Shown here: in pieces, positions 8,085-16,586 of the stretch | Layout of the letters: the number at the start of each line of letters is the position of its first letter | Numbering within the stretch: the stretch's first letter is position 1 | Assembly: GCA_046861385.1 (NCBI GenBank) | Contig: JBHHTW010000035.1 | Span: 1-22,367, forward strand | Source of the DNA: Fidelibacterota bacterium | GTDB taxonomy: Bacteria > Fidelibacterota > Marinisomatia > Marinisomatales > TCS55 | Length of the DNA stretch: 22,367 nucleotides | Direction of reading: 5' to 3' | Notes under the pieces: generated by a model | What the model saw: only the letters and a program-made list of their open reading frames with translations | Told to the model about the DNA's origin: nothing | Database searches by the model: none | Translations under genes and position numbers: made by a program

Positions 8085-8312
8085 ATGGCATTTGTAAGTC
8101 GAAATAAATATTGTTATTTCAAAGAAAATGGAATAACAGAAATTGATTATAAAGATGTGAAACTTTTACGCCGCTTTGTGACCGAACAAGGGAAAATTAT
8201 GCCGCGTCGCGTTACAGGAAGCAGTGCAAAAATGCATCGAAAGCTGATAAAAGCCATCAAGCGTGCGCGAAATATTGCTTTGATGCCTTACACCAATTTA
8301 GGTGAAAATTAA
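8085..8312 (+). CDS. rpsR: 30S ribosomal protein S18
   Basis: [43 protein letters not shown]. Confidence 0.97.
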   Translation: MAFVSRNKYCYFKENGITEIDYKDVKLLRRFVTEQGKIMPRRVTGSSAKMHRKLIKAIKRARNIALMPYTNLGEN

Positions 8313-8340
8313 TTTCGTAAACTTTAAAAGGAATCATACT

Positions 8341-8784
8341 ATGGATATAATTTTATTGCACGATGTGGAATCGTTAGGAACCGCAGGTGATATCATTGCG
8401 GTCAAACCTGGTTACGCAAGAAATTTTCTGTTTCCCCGACGCCTGGCGTTAAGGGCTTCAAAGAGGAACTTAGCCATTGCCGAAGAGCGAAAACAGAATG
8501 CAGCCAAAAGAAAAGACCACGATGAAAAAATTAATCAAGAACTTGCGAATCAGTTAAATGATCTGGAAATTACTTTTGAAGTTCAGGTTGGTGAAGAAGA
8601 AAAAATGTTTGGAGCTATAACAACAAACGATATTCACAAACAGCTAGTAGAAAAAAACATTAATATTGAACGTCATCGAATTGAACTCGCTGATTCCATA
8701 AAGGCATTAGGTATTTATCACGTGCCCGTGAATGTTTCAACCAATCTGAACCCAGAACTAAAGGTTTACGTAATTAAATCATAA
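8341..8784 (+). CDS. rplI: 50S ribosomal protein L9 (start reassigned to ATG at 8341)
   Basis: MDIILLHDV..LG..GD...VKPGYARNFLFP, KMFGAIT, IKALGIY. The canonical N-terminus begins at 8341 after AAGGA, not at 8302. Confidence 0.95.
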   Translation: MDIILLHDVESLGTAGDIIAVKPGYARNFLFPRRLALRASKRNLAIAEERKQNAAKRKDHDEKINQELANQLNDLEITFEVQVGEEEKMFGAITTNDIHKQLVEKNINIERHRIELADSIKALGIYHVPVNVSTNLNPELKVYVIKS

Positions 8785-8809
8785 TTGCGATACAACCCTC
8801 TAACAGTTT

Positions 8810-8846
8810 ATAGCCCTCGATTGAATAAATCCGGGGCTATTTTTTT
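8810..8846 (+). terminator. Intrinsic (rho-independent) terminator closing the ispF...rplI operon
   Basis: Hairpin ATAGCCCTCGATT-GAATA-AATCCGGGGCTAT followed by a T run (8840-8846), 25 nt after the rplI stop. Confidence 0.85.
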
Positions 8847-8857
8847 ATAAAGAATTC

Positions 8858-8886
8858 TTGATCCAAAAGAATACTGCTTCTATTTT
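8858..8886 (+). promoter_or_regulatory. Putative sigma70-type promoter of priA
   Basis: TTGATC (8858-8863), 17 nt spacer, TATTTT (8881-8886), 8 nt before the ATG at 8895, immediately after the terminator. Confidence 0.5.
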
Positions 8887-8894
8887 CATAGATC

Positions 8895-11123
8895 ATGTTT
8901 GTTGAAGTCGCCTTTCCCATATCCAGTTACAAGCAGTTTACCTATCATGTCCCTGAAAATATAAAGGACAAAATCCTAATTGGCGTTCGAGTAAAAGCGC
9001 CTTTTGGAAAAAGGATAATCATCGGAATCGTTGTTTCTATAAATTCCGAATCTAAATATTCAGGTAAAATAAAATATATTAAAGACCTGGTTGATGATGT
9101 TCCGGTCATGGACAAACACTTGTGGGCATTAGCCCAATGGATGAGTAAATATTATTTTTCCCCAATAGGGAAAGTGGCGGAAGTAATCCTACCAAAAAAT
9201 CTTTCGACTAAATATAAGCCGCCAACAATAAGCTGCGCATCGTTCATTTCTTTTGGTAAAGATTATACTCGAATAAAAAAACGAACCCCCGCCCAGGGAA
9301 GAGTGCTTGAATTTCTTTCAAAAGAACCTGAAGCTGTCCCAGTGGCAATCTTAAAGGATTTGGTCAGTAATCCAAACGCAATTTGTAACTCATTGTTTGA
9401 AAAAGGGTTAATCAATCTTCAAACAGTTAATACGTTTCCAGACGTAACTGGTTTTACGTTTTCACCCATTCATAAAGAAATTGATTTTACTAAAGAACAA
9501 AAAAAAGTAAACAATGTCTTATTAGCAAAATTATCTGCTAACGAATTCACTCCAACAGTACTCCACGGAGTTACTGGAAGCGGAAAAACAGAATTGTATA
9601 TTGAGCTGGTAAGAAAAACATTAGCAATGAATAAATCCGCAATCCTACTTCTTCCTGAAATTGCTCTTACGCCTCAAATCGCCGGTCGATTCAGAGCTGT
9701 TTTTGGAGACAATGTCGCTTTATGGCATTCGAAATTATCTGCGCCGGCGCGGGCTTGGACATGGAAGCAAATATGTTCTGGTGAATTCAACGTGGTCATC
9801 GGCGCCCGAAGCGCTGTTTTTGCTCCTTTAAAAAATTTGGGCACAATTATCATGGATGAAGAACAGGAACCTTCATATAAACAAGAATCCCCCGCCCCGC
9901 GATATCACACGCGAGATATTGCTTTGATGCGCGGAAAACTTCATGGAGCAGTTGTCGTTTTATCCAGTGCAACACCAAGCCTGGAAAGTTATTATAATCA
10001 TATACAGGGGAAGCATGACTACTTACGGTTGAATAAACGATTTGGAGGAGCCCCCTACCCGCGAGTTTATATAGTTGATATGCTGAAAGAGGTGGAAGAA
10101 ACAGGAAAATATCAAGATGTAATCTCGGGGATGCTGCAACGAAAAATGGAAGAGCGGTTTTCGAATGACGAGCAAGTTATTTTACTTCAAAACAGACGAG
10201 GGTTTGCTCCAATACTACGTTGTAGAGATTGCGGTTATATTGAAACATGTAACCAGTGTGAAGTGGCAATGACATTTCATAGTCATGGGAGTTGTTTGAA
10301 ATGTCATTTTTGCGGTTATGAAACACACCATATAACAACAGTATGTAAAAAGTGTAAGAGTATTAATTTAAAACTGATGGGGATTGGTACACAAAAGGTA
10401 GAAGAACTAATTCAAAAAATATTTCCTGATATATCTATGGCCAGATTGGATGTTGATACAACAAAAAGTGGAAAATCTTTAACTAAAACGTTGGAAAAAT
10501 TTTCTACCGGTGAAATTCAAGTGCTAATTGGAACCCAAATGATTGCAAAAGGATTAGATTTTGATAAAGCAACGCTCGTAGGAATTATCAATGGCGATAC
10601 TGGATTATTTTTACCGGATTTTCGATCGGGTGAACGAGCTTTCCAGTTGATATATCAAGCGGCTGGGAGATCCGGAAGACGCAAGGCAGGTGAAGTTGTA
10701 ATTCAAACGTATAATCCAGAAAATCCTGTAATAAAATTTGCGTCAAGGCTTGATCAAAAAACCTACTACAATATCGCTTTAAGTGAGCGACAAGAATTAA
10801 ATTACCCGCCATTTTCCTGGATGATTCGTATTGGAATTGAAGGAAAAAACAAGGAATTAACTGCAGCGACGGCGACGAAAATCAAACGTTCATTATCCAA
10901 ACCTTTCAAAGGATTGGAAATTTTAGGTCCTGCAAATTGCTACCGGGAACGATTGCGGGGTAAATATCGTATGCAAATTATTATGAAATCAGATAAAGAC
11001 CATGATGCTAACGGAATAAAATTGCATCATTATCTTAAACATATCATCCAATCGGGGCGTTGGGATAAAGCGCCATCGGGAATACGTGTGAACATTGATG
11101 TAAATCCAGTCTCCGTCCTATGA
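8895..11123 (+). CDS. priA: Primosomal protein N' (replication restart helicase)
   Basis: GVRVKAPFG, LHGVTGSGKTE, LLPEIALTPQ, GARSAVFAP, DEEQE.SYKQ, SATPSLES, NRRGFAP, four CxxC pairs, GTQMIAKGLDF, PDFRSGER, QAAGRSGR, IDVNP. Confidence 0.97.
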   Translation: MFVEVAFPISSYKQFTYHVPENIKDKILIGVRVKAPFGKRIIIGIVVSINSESKYSGKIKYIKDLVDDVPVMDKHLWALAQWMSKYYFSPIGKVAEVILPKNLSTKYKPPTISCASFISFGKDYTRIKKRTPAQGRVLEFLSKEPEAVPVAILKDLVSNPNAICNSLFEKGLINLQTVNTFPDVTGFTFSPIHKEIDFTKEQKKVNNVLLAKLSANEFTPTVLHGVTGSGKTELYIELVRKTLAMNKSAILLLPEIALTPQIAGRFRAVFGDNVALWHSKLSAPARAWTWKQICSGEFNVVIGARSAVFAPLKNLGTIIMDEEQEPSYKQESPAPRYHTRDIALMRGKLHGAVVVLSSATPSLESYYNHIQGKHDYLRLNKRFGGAPYPRVYIVDMLKEVEETGKYQDVISGMLQRKMEERFSNDEQVILLQNRRGFAPILRCRDCGYIETCNQCEVAMTFHSHGSCLKCHFCGYETHHITTVCKKCKSINLKLMGIGTQKVEELIQKIFPDISMARLDVDTTKSGKSLTKTLEKFSTGEIQVLIGTQMIAKGLDFDKATLVGIINGDTGLFLPDFRSGERAFQLIYQAAGRSGRRKAGEVVIQTYNPENPVIKFASRLDQKTYYNIALSERQELNYPPFSWMIRIGIEGKNKELTAATATKIKRSLSKPFKGLEILGPANCYRERLRGKYRMQIIMKSDKDHDANGIKLHHYLKHIIQSGRWDKAPSGIRVNIDVNPVSVL

Positions 11124-12019
11124 GAAGTTTGATATTAATTTTTACAACCAGTATTGTGTGCGGAGGTACAGCTTACACCGGAATGCAAAATTGGTATCAT
11201 CCTCACCGTATGGCATTGGCTGGCTCTGGCGGAGCATTTTCGAGCGTGACATCGGATGTGATTAATCCTGCTGCTCTCTGGACATTGAAGAAACAATTTG
11301 ATGTCAGTTTTTTATCCTACCCGGCAAATATCAGCGCTCAATCATTTCATTTGGTGCTGCCCGGTGAAGCATCGGTGACTGCTTATGGATTACGCCATAT
11401 GAATTATGGCTTATTCGAGGGTCGAGATCAAAACAATCTGGAAACAGATCTATATAGCGCCTCCGATACATGGTTCGATTATTCTGCTTCGGGGCACTCA
11501 AGTCGATGGCCCATCTCCTGGGGTGTAAGTGCCGGTCTGTTTTTTAGTTCAATTGAAAAAAAGCAATCCGTAGTTGTAATGTTTTCTTCTGGTATTCTGT
11601 TTCATTTTTCCAAGTTGGATTCAAAAATAGGTTTGAGCTTATTGAATATGGGTTCGGTAATTAAAACCTATTCAGGGAATGAAGAATTACTGCCAGTTGC
11701 TTTTGTCACATCATTTTCAAAAAAGCTTGCACATTTACCACTAGAGTTAGGATTAGACTTGGTAAAAGAATTTGATATGAATGATATGAGCGTTCGTTTA
11801 GGCGGTGTTTTTACGTTGCCATATGATTGGCAATTAAAACTTGGAACAACCTCAAACAGAATTGATCAAGCAATTTACAAAAATGTGTCCAAGAATCTAT
11901 TGACTGACGTGGGAATAGGTCTTGTGTGGATATACGACAACTATTCTTTTGAATCAAGTATATACTCCTATGGGCCAGGTGGTTGGATAACTGGATTCGC
12001 TATTGGAATTCAGTTTTGA
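11120..12019 (+). CDS. PorQ/PorV-like (FadL-fold) outer-membrane beta-barrel protein
   Basis: Signal-like N-terminus, R.ALAG....NPAAL plug motif, YG.FEGRD...YSASD, KKLAHLPL, alternating beta-strand pattern, C-terminal GIQF. Confidence 0.6.
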   Translation: MRSLILIFTTSIVCGGTAYTGMQNWYHPHRMALAGSGGAFSSVTSDVINPAALWTLKKQFDVSFLSYPANISAQSFHLVLPGEASVTAYGLRHMNYGLFEGRDQNNLETDLYSASDTWFDYSASGHSSRWPISWGVSAGLFFSSIEKKQSVVVMFSSGILFHFSKLDSKIGLSLLNMGSVIKTYSGNEELLPVAFVTSFSKKLAHLPLELGLDLVKEFDMNDMSVRLGGVFTLPYDWQLKLGTTSNRIDQAIYKNVSKNLLTDVGIGLVWIYDNYSFESSIYSYGPGGWITGFAIGIQF

Positions 12020-12022
12020 ATC

Positions 12023-14800
12023 GTGGCTAGCTATTTTCGAAATTCGTTTTTCTTTGCAATATTTGTATCATCTTTTTGTTTGGCCGCTGGTGGGTTAAAC
12101 ATCTTTTATGATTTAGACATTTATTTTCAGCCAAATAATGACGAAGGCCGCGGATTTTTGGAAGGTGTTAACCATATTAAAGTCACCAATAATTCGAATG
12201 ATAATCTCAATTACTTACTCTTAAAGGTTCCGAGTAATAGTTATTATCGAAAAAATGATCCACGATCCCCACGCACTGAAATCGGTAAAATTCGTTCTTC
12301 ACATTTGAAAAAAATGACACATCAAGACAGCAGTGTTATTATTATTGAATTATCACCCCCTATCCTACCGGAGCAATCGATGCTGATTGATGTTCCTTTT
12401 AAAACATATTTTAGCGCTTGGCGACATTCATCATTCCCAACTTATGGTGCTAAAAATGATACTGTCATTTACAATGCTGTACATTATTATCCCGATTTAG
12501 AATATTATGGTGAGCACGGTTGGGTGAAACAAGGTAACGAGAAAAATCAAAAAGTCTTGTCAAATTTTGCATCGTATGAAATATTGCTGACCGTACCAGA
12601 AGAATATGATGTCGGGTCTTCTGCAAGAATATTGAAACAAAGAGAGCTCTCAACTGGACATATTCAATTTTCCATGGAAAACAAACGCGCTTCGGATGTA
12701 AGTATGGTTATTTTTAATCAATTAAATAAATCGACTTTTAGAGTGTATAGAACAGATGTGGAAATTATAACACCTAAAAATCAAAAAAGACTGGTGAAAA
12801 AAACTAAAGGTCAATTGGAAAAACTTATCCCTTTCTATGAAAAATATTTTGGGCGACGTATCGGAGATAGATTAATTATAACAACTGGCTATTCTCTTGA
12901 TGCCCCGGCTGTATCATTCAATAATTATATAGTGTTTCAAAATAAAATTGATCCTGGCCGGATATTAAATCATGAACTGGCTCACCAGTGGTTTGGAAAT
13001 ACCATTCAGATAAACGAGATCAGAGAAAAATGGTTGAATGAATCATTCGCAGAATTTGCCAGTTGGTTGTTTGAAGAGTCTCAAAAAATTAATAAAAAAA
13101 CGACCTTTAAAATATCAGAACCAATACCAAAAATCAATATTTGGGATGAATTAAACAACATGACAGTGGAAGAATGGACAAATTTGCTACGGGACATTAT
13201 GGGAGATAATTCTTTACCGCCAATCTACGTCCCCGGGAAACATCTTCGCTGGGAAGATGCAGCAAATATCTACAACAAATACATTGTTGGAAACCACGCT
13301 TTGCAAACTTTGCACACTGCCGTTGGCGACTCGCTCATGAGAATCATTATGCGGGACTATTTTATAATGTTACGTGGAAAGGTTTCTGATACTGAACAGT
13401 TTATTACTATTATCAAAAAGCACGCCAATAAACATATTGCTACTAATTTTCGATTGGCGCTTACTACGAACCTCCGACCCGATCTAATCATCGAATCTGT
13501 GGAGAATAAATATATTAAAAACAGCACTTGGCAAAACCGGATAAAGGCGACATATCAAGGAGAGTGGAAATTGCCGGTGGATGTTTTAATTGTCACCGGC
13601 AAAGGTGACTCCACCATACTTGAAAAGGTAATTATTGAGGAGAATAGTACAATAGAACTGACCACAAATTCACCGATCACTATTGTTGATTTAGATCCCA
13701 ATAAACATATTTTTGATAGTAACCGTTTTAATAATCACTGGCCCAGGCAAATATCACTGCGACCGGACTATGGTTTGCCCTCTTGGGAGACATACGAAGT
13801 GTACTACCGACCGAAACTAAAAAAAGATTGGCGGGGTAATTGGCGAACCGGGATATTTTTTTCAGGCGGATTAGGTATAAATTTTATGCCGATTATCCCC
13901 GCTTTTTATCAAAACCTGTTTGATCTTGAAATAACCTTTTCTACCGGAACGCCAAATCATAACTGGGGCGGTCGTCTAAATTATCGAACACCGTTGAAAT
14001 CGACAAAAAACTTATATTGGTCATTTCAGATTGGACGAGAATATCCGAAGAAATGGTCAAAAATTTCATTGGTGACATATTTGGGAGAGACATCATATTT
14101 GGCCATACACGGCAAGTCTTCCTATTCCCGGTTAACAACAACCATTTCTTCAACCGAATATACAGCATCTGATCCCGGAGATTGGTGGTCAACGGGAAAA
14201 AATCTTAACCTGAAAGAAGTATGGACGCTTTTTTCGTATTCACCAATTCAAAGATATCTTGTTGAACTTCATGCTCTCGGAGGGTTTCAGGATAAAAATG
14301 AGTTTTATAATATTGGTTTTTCTACAGATTATAAAACAAGATTACCGGTGAATTTAGTTTTTCGTATTCATGGTGAAGCTGGTTTTGTTTGGGACGATAG
14401 AGAAAATAATGAAATGGCATATAGATTAATATTTGTTCCGAAAGTCTGGCAAGAAAGTGAAGGGAAAATCCCAATTTTCCGCGGTGTAGCTTTCGATGAA
14501 AAGATTTGGAATAAAAATATCATCAGTATGGGATTCAGCTTGGGGTACGAAACAACGACCATCGTTCAACCTATGATCTATTTGGACGGTGCAGTAGCAA
14601 ACGATGTATCCGGTTCTTTTCCAGTGCGCATTGATACATTAAGTAAAAGTAAGGATATTTATTTAACGGCCGGTGTGGGTTTTGAATCACAAACCATGAT
14701 GGAAATAGGATTATTTTTTCCACTTTGGGTATCTCATCCAAAGGAGGGTGAAAACAATCTAGCTATAAGAGCGCTTGTGCAGTGGGGATTTTATTTTTAA
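12023..14800 (+). CDS. Secreted M1-family (gluzincin) metallopeptidase fused to a probable Omp85-like C-terminal beta-barrel
   Basis: GTG start and signal peptide; HELAHQWFG followed 18 residues later by E (WLNESFAEF); Y..G..AL..L...VGD; DLDP...D.NR.NN; about 350 C-terminal aa of amphipathic strands with FRG, YLDG, AGVGF and terminal GFYF. Confidence 0.75.
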   Translation: MASYFRNSFFFAIFVSSFCLAAGGLNIFYDLDIYFQPNNDEGRGFLEGVNHIKVTNNSNDNLNYLLLKVPSNSYYRKNDPRSPRTEIGKIRSSHLKKMTHQDSSVIIIELSPPILPEQSMLIDVPFKTYFSAWRHSSFPTYGAKNDTVIYNAVHYYPDLEYYGEHGWVKQGNEKNQKVLSNFASYEILLTVPEEYDVGSSARILKQRELSTGHIQFSMENKRASDVSMVIFNQLNKSTFRVYRTDVEIITPKNQKRLVKKTKGQLEKLIPFYEKYFGRRIGDRLIITTGYSLDAPAVSFNNYIVFQNKIDPGRILNHELAHQWFGNTIQINEIREKWLNESFAEFASWLFEESQKINKKTTFKISEPIPKINIWDELNNMTVEEWTNLLRDIMGDNSLPPIYVPGKHLRWEDAANIYNKYIVGNHALQTLHTAVGDSLMRIIMRDYFIMLRGKVSDTEQFITIIKKHANKHIATNFRLALTTNLRPDLIIESVENKYIKNSTWQNRIKATYQGEWKLPVDVLIVTGKGDSTILEKVIIEENSTIELTTNSPITIVDLDPNKHIFDSNRFNNHWPRQISLRPDYGLPSWETYEVYYRPKLKKDWRGNWRTGIFFSGGLGINFMPIIPAFYQNLFDLEITFSTGTPNHNWGGRLNYRTPLKSTKNLYWSFQIGREYPKKWSKISLVTYLGETSYLAIHGKSSYSRLTTTISSTEYTASDPGDWWSTGKNLNLKEVWTLFSYSPIQRYLVELHALGGFQDKNEFYNIGFSTDYKTRLPVNLVFRIHGEAGFVWDDRENNEMAYRLIFVPKVWQESEGKIPIFRGVAFDEKIWNKNIISMGFSLGYETTTIVQPMIYLDGAVANDVSGSFPVRIDTLSKSKDIYLTAGVGFESQTMMEIGLFFPLWVSHPKEGENNLAIRALVQWGFYF

Positions 14801-14857
14801 TAACCATTTTTATTAATACCATTAATACATTAAATATTTAGGTATATTTAAAAAATA

Positions 14858-14900
14858 ACAATAATTTTTATTGTATTAGTTGTTCTAAACATAATATATT
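14858..14900 (+). promoter_or_regulatory. Putative promoter plus palindromic operator of the lrp-glnII unit
   Basis: Perfect inverted repeat ACAATAA-TTT-TTATTGT (14858-14874) overlapping TTGTAT (14871-14876); 18 nt spacer; TATATT (14895-14900). Confidence 0.4.
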
Positions 14901-14901
14901 A

Positions 14902-15366
14902 ATGATTATGATTGATGCAAAAGATTTCCAAATTCTTTCGGCGCTTCAGGGAAATTCTCGTATTACAGCCAGTGAAATTGCTGAAAATGTGAGTATGTCC
15001 ATCCCGGCAGTAGCAGAGCGGATTAAAAAACTGACAGAAAGTGGAACGATAAAATCATTTACGGCTAAGTTAAATGCGAAACGGTTGGGATTCGATTTGG
15101 CCGCTTTTATTGCTGTGGTTAGCGCGTCTTCAGATCATTATGAAGACATTATTAAAAACGCTACCGGTCATCCAGCCGTTTTGGAATGCCATTCGGTTAC
15201 TGGGGATGGGAGCCATATGTTAAAAGTGAGGGTAAAAAATTCAACAGGATTAGAAAAACTATTACGGGAGATTCAGTCATGGCCCGGGGTCATAAGGACG
15301 CATACATCGGTTATTATGAGCACATATAAAGAAGGGTTTGAATTAGATCTTACACAAGAAACATAA
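14902..15366 (+). CDS. Lrp/AsnC family transcriptional regulator (start may be ATG at 14908)
   Basis: D..D.QIL..LQ.NSRI...EIA..V.MS.PAV.ERIKKL.ESG.I helix-turn-helix; ECHSVTGD and GV.RT.T.VIM RAM domain. Confidence 0.93.
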   Translation: MIMIDAKDFQILSALQGNSRITASEIAENVSMSIPAVAERIKKLTESGTIKSFTAKLNAKRLGFDLAAFIAVVSASSDHYEDIIKNATGHPAVLECHSVTGDGSHMLKVRVKNSTGLEKLLREIQSWPGVIRTHTSVIMSTYKEGFELDLTQET

Positions 15367-15396
15367 ATACACAAGAAATAATTGGGAAGAAATAAT

Positions 15397-16407
15397 ATGT
15401 CAAAAATAAAAGCAGAATATATTTGGTTAGATGGTCATAAACCGACAGCTAAACTTCGCTCAAAAACAAAGGTGATTAATGGCCCCGTCAAAGGCACCGA
15501 AGATATTCCTATTTGGGGATTTGATGGTTCCAGTACTATGCAGGCAGAAGGCGGCAATAGCGACTGCCTATTAAAACCTGTTTATATTACACCGGATCCC
15601 ATCCGCGGAGGAGATGATGTTTTGGTATTGAATGAAGTTCGCTTACCTGATGGAACGGTGCATGAATCCAATACTAGAGCGCAGTTGGTAAAAATGGCAG
15701 AAACGTTTGAAAACCATGAACCGTGGTTTGGAATCGAGCAGGAATATACATTTTTTGTGGGCCGTTCACCCTTGGGCTGGCCAGAAGGCGGATACCCTGC
15801 GCCTCAGGGGCCATTTTATTGCGGGGTCGGAGCGGACGAAGTCTTCGGCAGAGATATTGTGGAGGAGCACATGGAAGCCTGCTTGGGCGCAGGAATTGAC
15901 CTTTCGGGAATTAATGCAGAAGTGATGCCGGGGCAATGGGAGTTTCAAATTGGTCCTGCTGGCGCGCTGGATACCGCTGATCAGTTGTGGTTAGCTCGCT
16001 GGCTATTGTACCGTATTGCCGAAGATTATGGAGTTAATGCCACGCTTCATCCAAAACCCGTTTCGGGAGACTGGAATGGCGCCGGAGCCCATACAAATTT
16101 CAGCACAAAAGCCATGCGCGAAAATGGCGGAATCAGGGTCATTAAAGCTGCCTGTGAAGCGTTGGGTAAAAAACATGATGATCATATTGCGGTTTATGGT
16201 GCCCATAATGAAGAACGTTTAACCGGACTTCATGAAACATGTTCTATTCATGAATTTCGATTTGGTATCAGTGATCGCGGCGCATCAATTCGCATACCCA
16301 TGGCAACTGCAAACGACGGGCATGGTTATTTAGAAGACCGCCGTCCGGCTGCAAATATGGACCCATATCAGGTGTGCGCGGCGCTGATTGAAACCTGCTG
16401 CGCTTAA
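15397..16407 (+). CDS. glnII: Glutamine synthetase type II (eukaryote-like GSII); start reassigned to ATG at 15397
   Basis: AEYIWLDG, LRSKTK, WGFDGSST.QAEG..SD, PWFGIEQEY, PQGPFYCGVG, GINAEVMPGQWEFQIG, PKPV.GDWNGAGAHTNFST, RLTGLHET, RGASIRIP, GYLEDRRPAAN.DPY; about 336 aa, the GSII size. Confidence 0.95.
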   Translation: MSKIKAEYIWLDGHKPTAKLRSKTKVINGPVKGTEDIPIWGFDGSSTMQAEGGNSDCLLKPVYITPDPIRGGDDVLVLNEVRLPDGTVHESNTRAQLVKMAETFENHEPWFGIEQEYTFFVGRSPLGWPEGGYPAPQGPFYCGVGADEVFGRDIVEEHMEACLGAGIDLSGINAEVMPGQWEFQIGPAGALDTADQLWLARWLLYRIAEDYGVNATLHPKPVSGDWNGAGAHTNFSTKAMRENGGIRVIKAACEALGKKHDDHIAVYGAHNEERLTGLHETCSIHEFRFGISDRGASIRIPMATANDGHGYLEDRRPAANMDPYQVCAALIETCCA

Positions 16408-16471
16408 TTCAATAGATCTGATATCGACCCTCACAAAGTATTTAATTGTTTTATTAATATTTTCAATCATC

Positions 16472-16500
16472 TTGGAATACTGAATCAAAATATTTATTCT
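16472..16500 (+). promoter_or_regulatory. Putative promoter of the lipase gene
   Basis: TTGGAA (16472-16477), 17 nt spacer, TATTCT (16495-16500) in the intergenic region; the AT-rich context lowers specificity. Confidence 0.3.
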
Positions 16501-16586
16501 TATTATCTTAATTAAGCTGGAAAAATATTCATTTCGTTTCTGGTTGAATTAATAACCATCAAATAATCCCTTAAAATAAAAACATA

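Noticed and set aside
8302-8340. N-terminal extension of L9 in the ORF track
   Set aside because: The canonical L9 start with an SD is at 8341; the upstream GTG overlaps rpsR
16408-16586. AT-rich 179-nt spacer after glnII, examined for a terminator or sRNA
   Set aside because: No GC stem with a U-tract; only a weak TGGTT-N8-AACCA repeat (16541-16558), expected by chance
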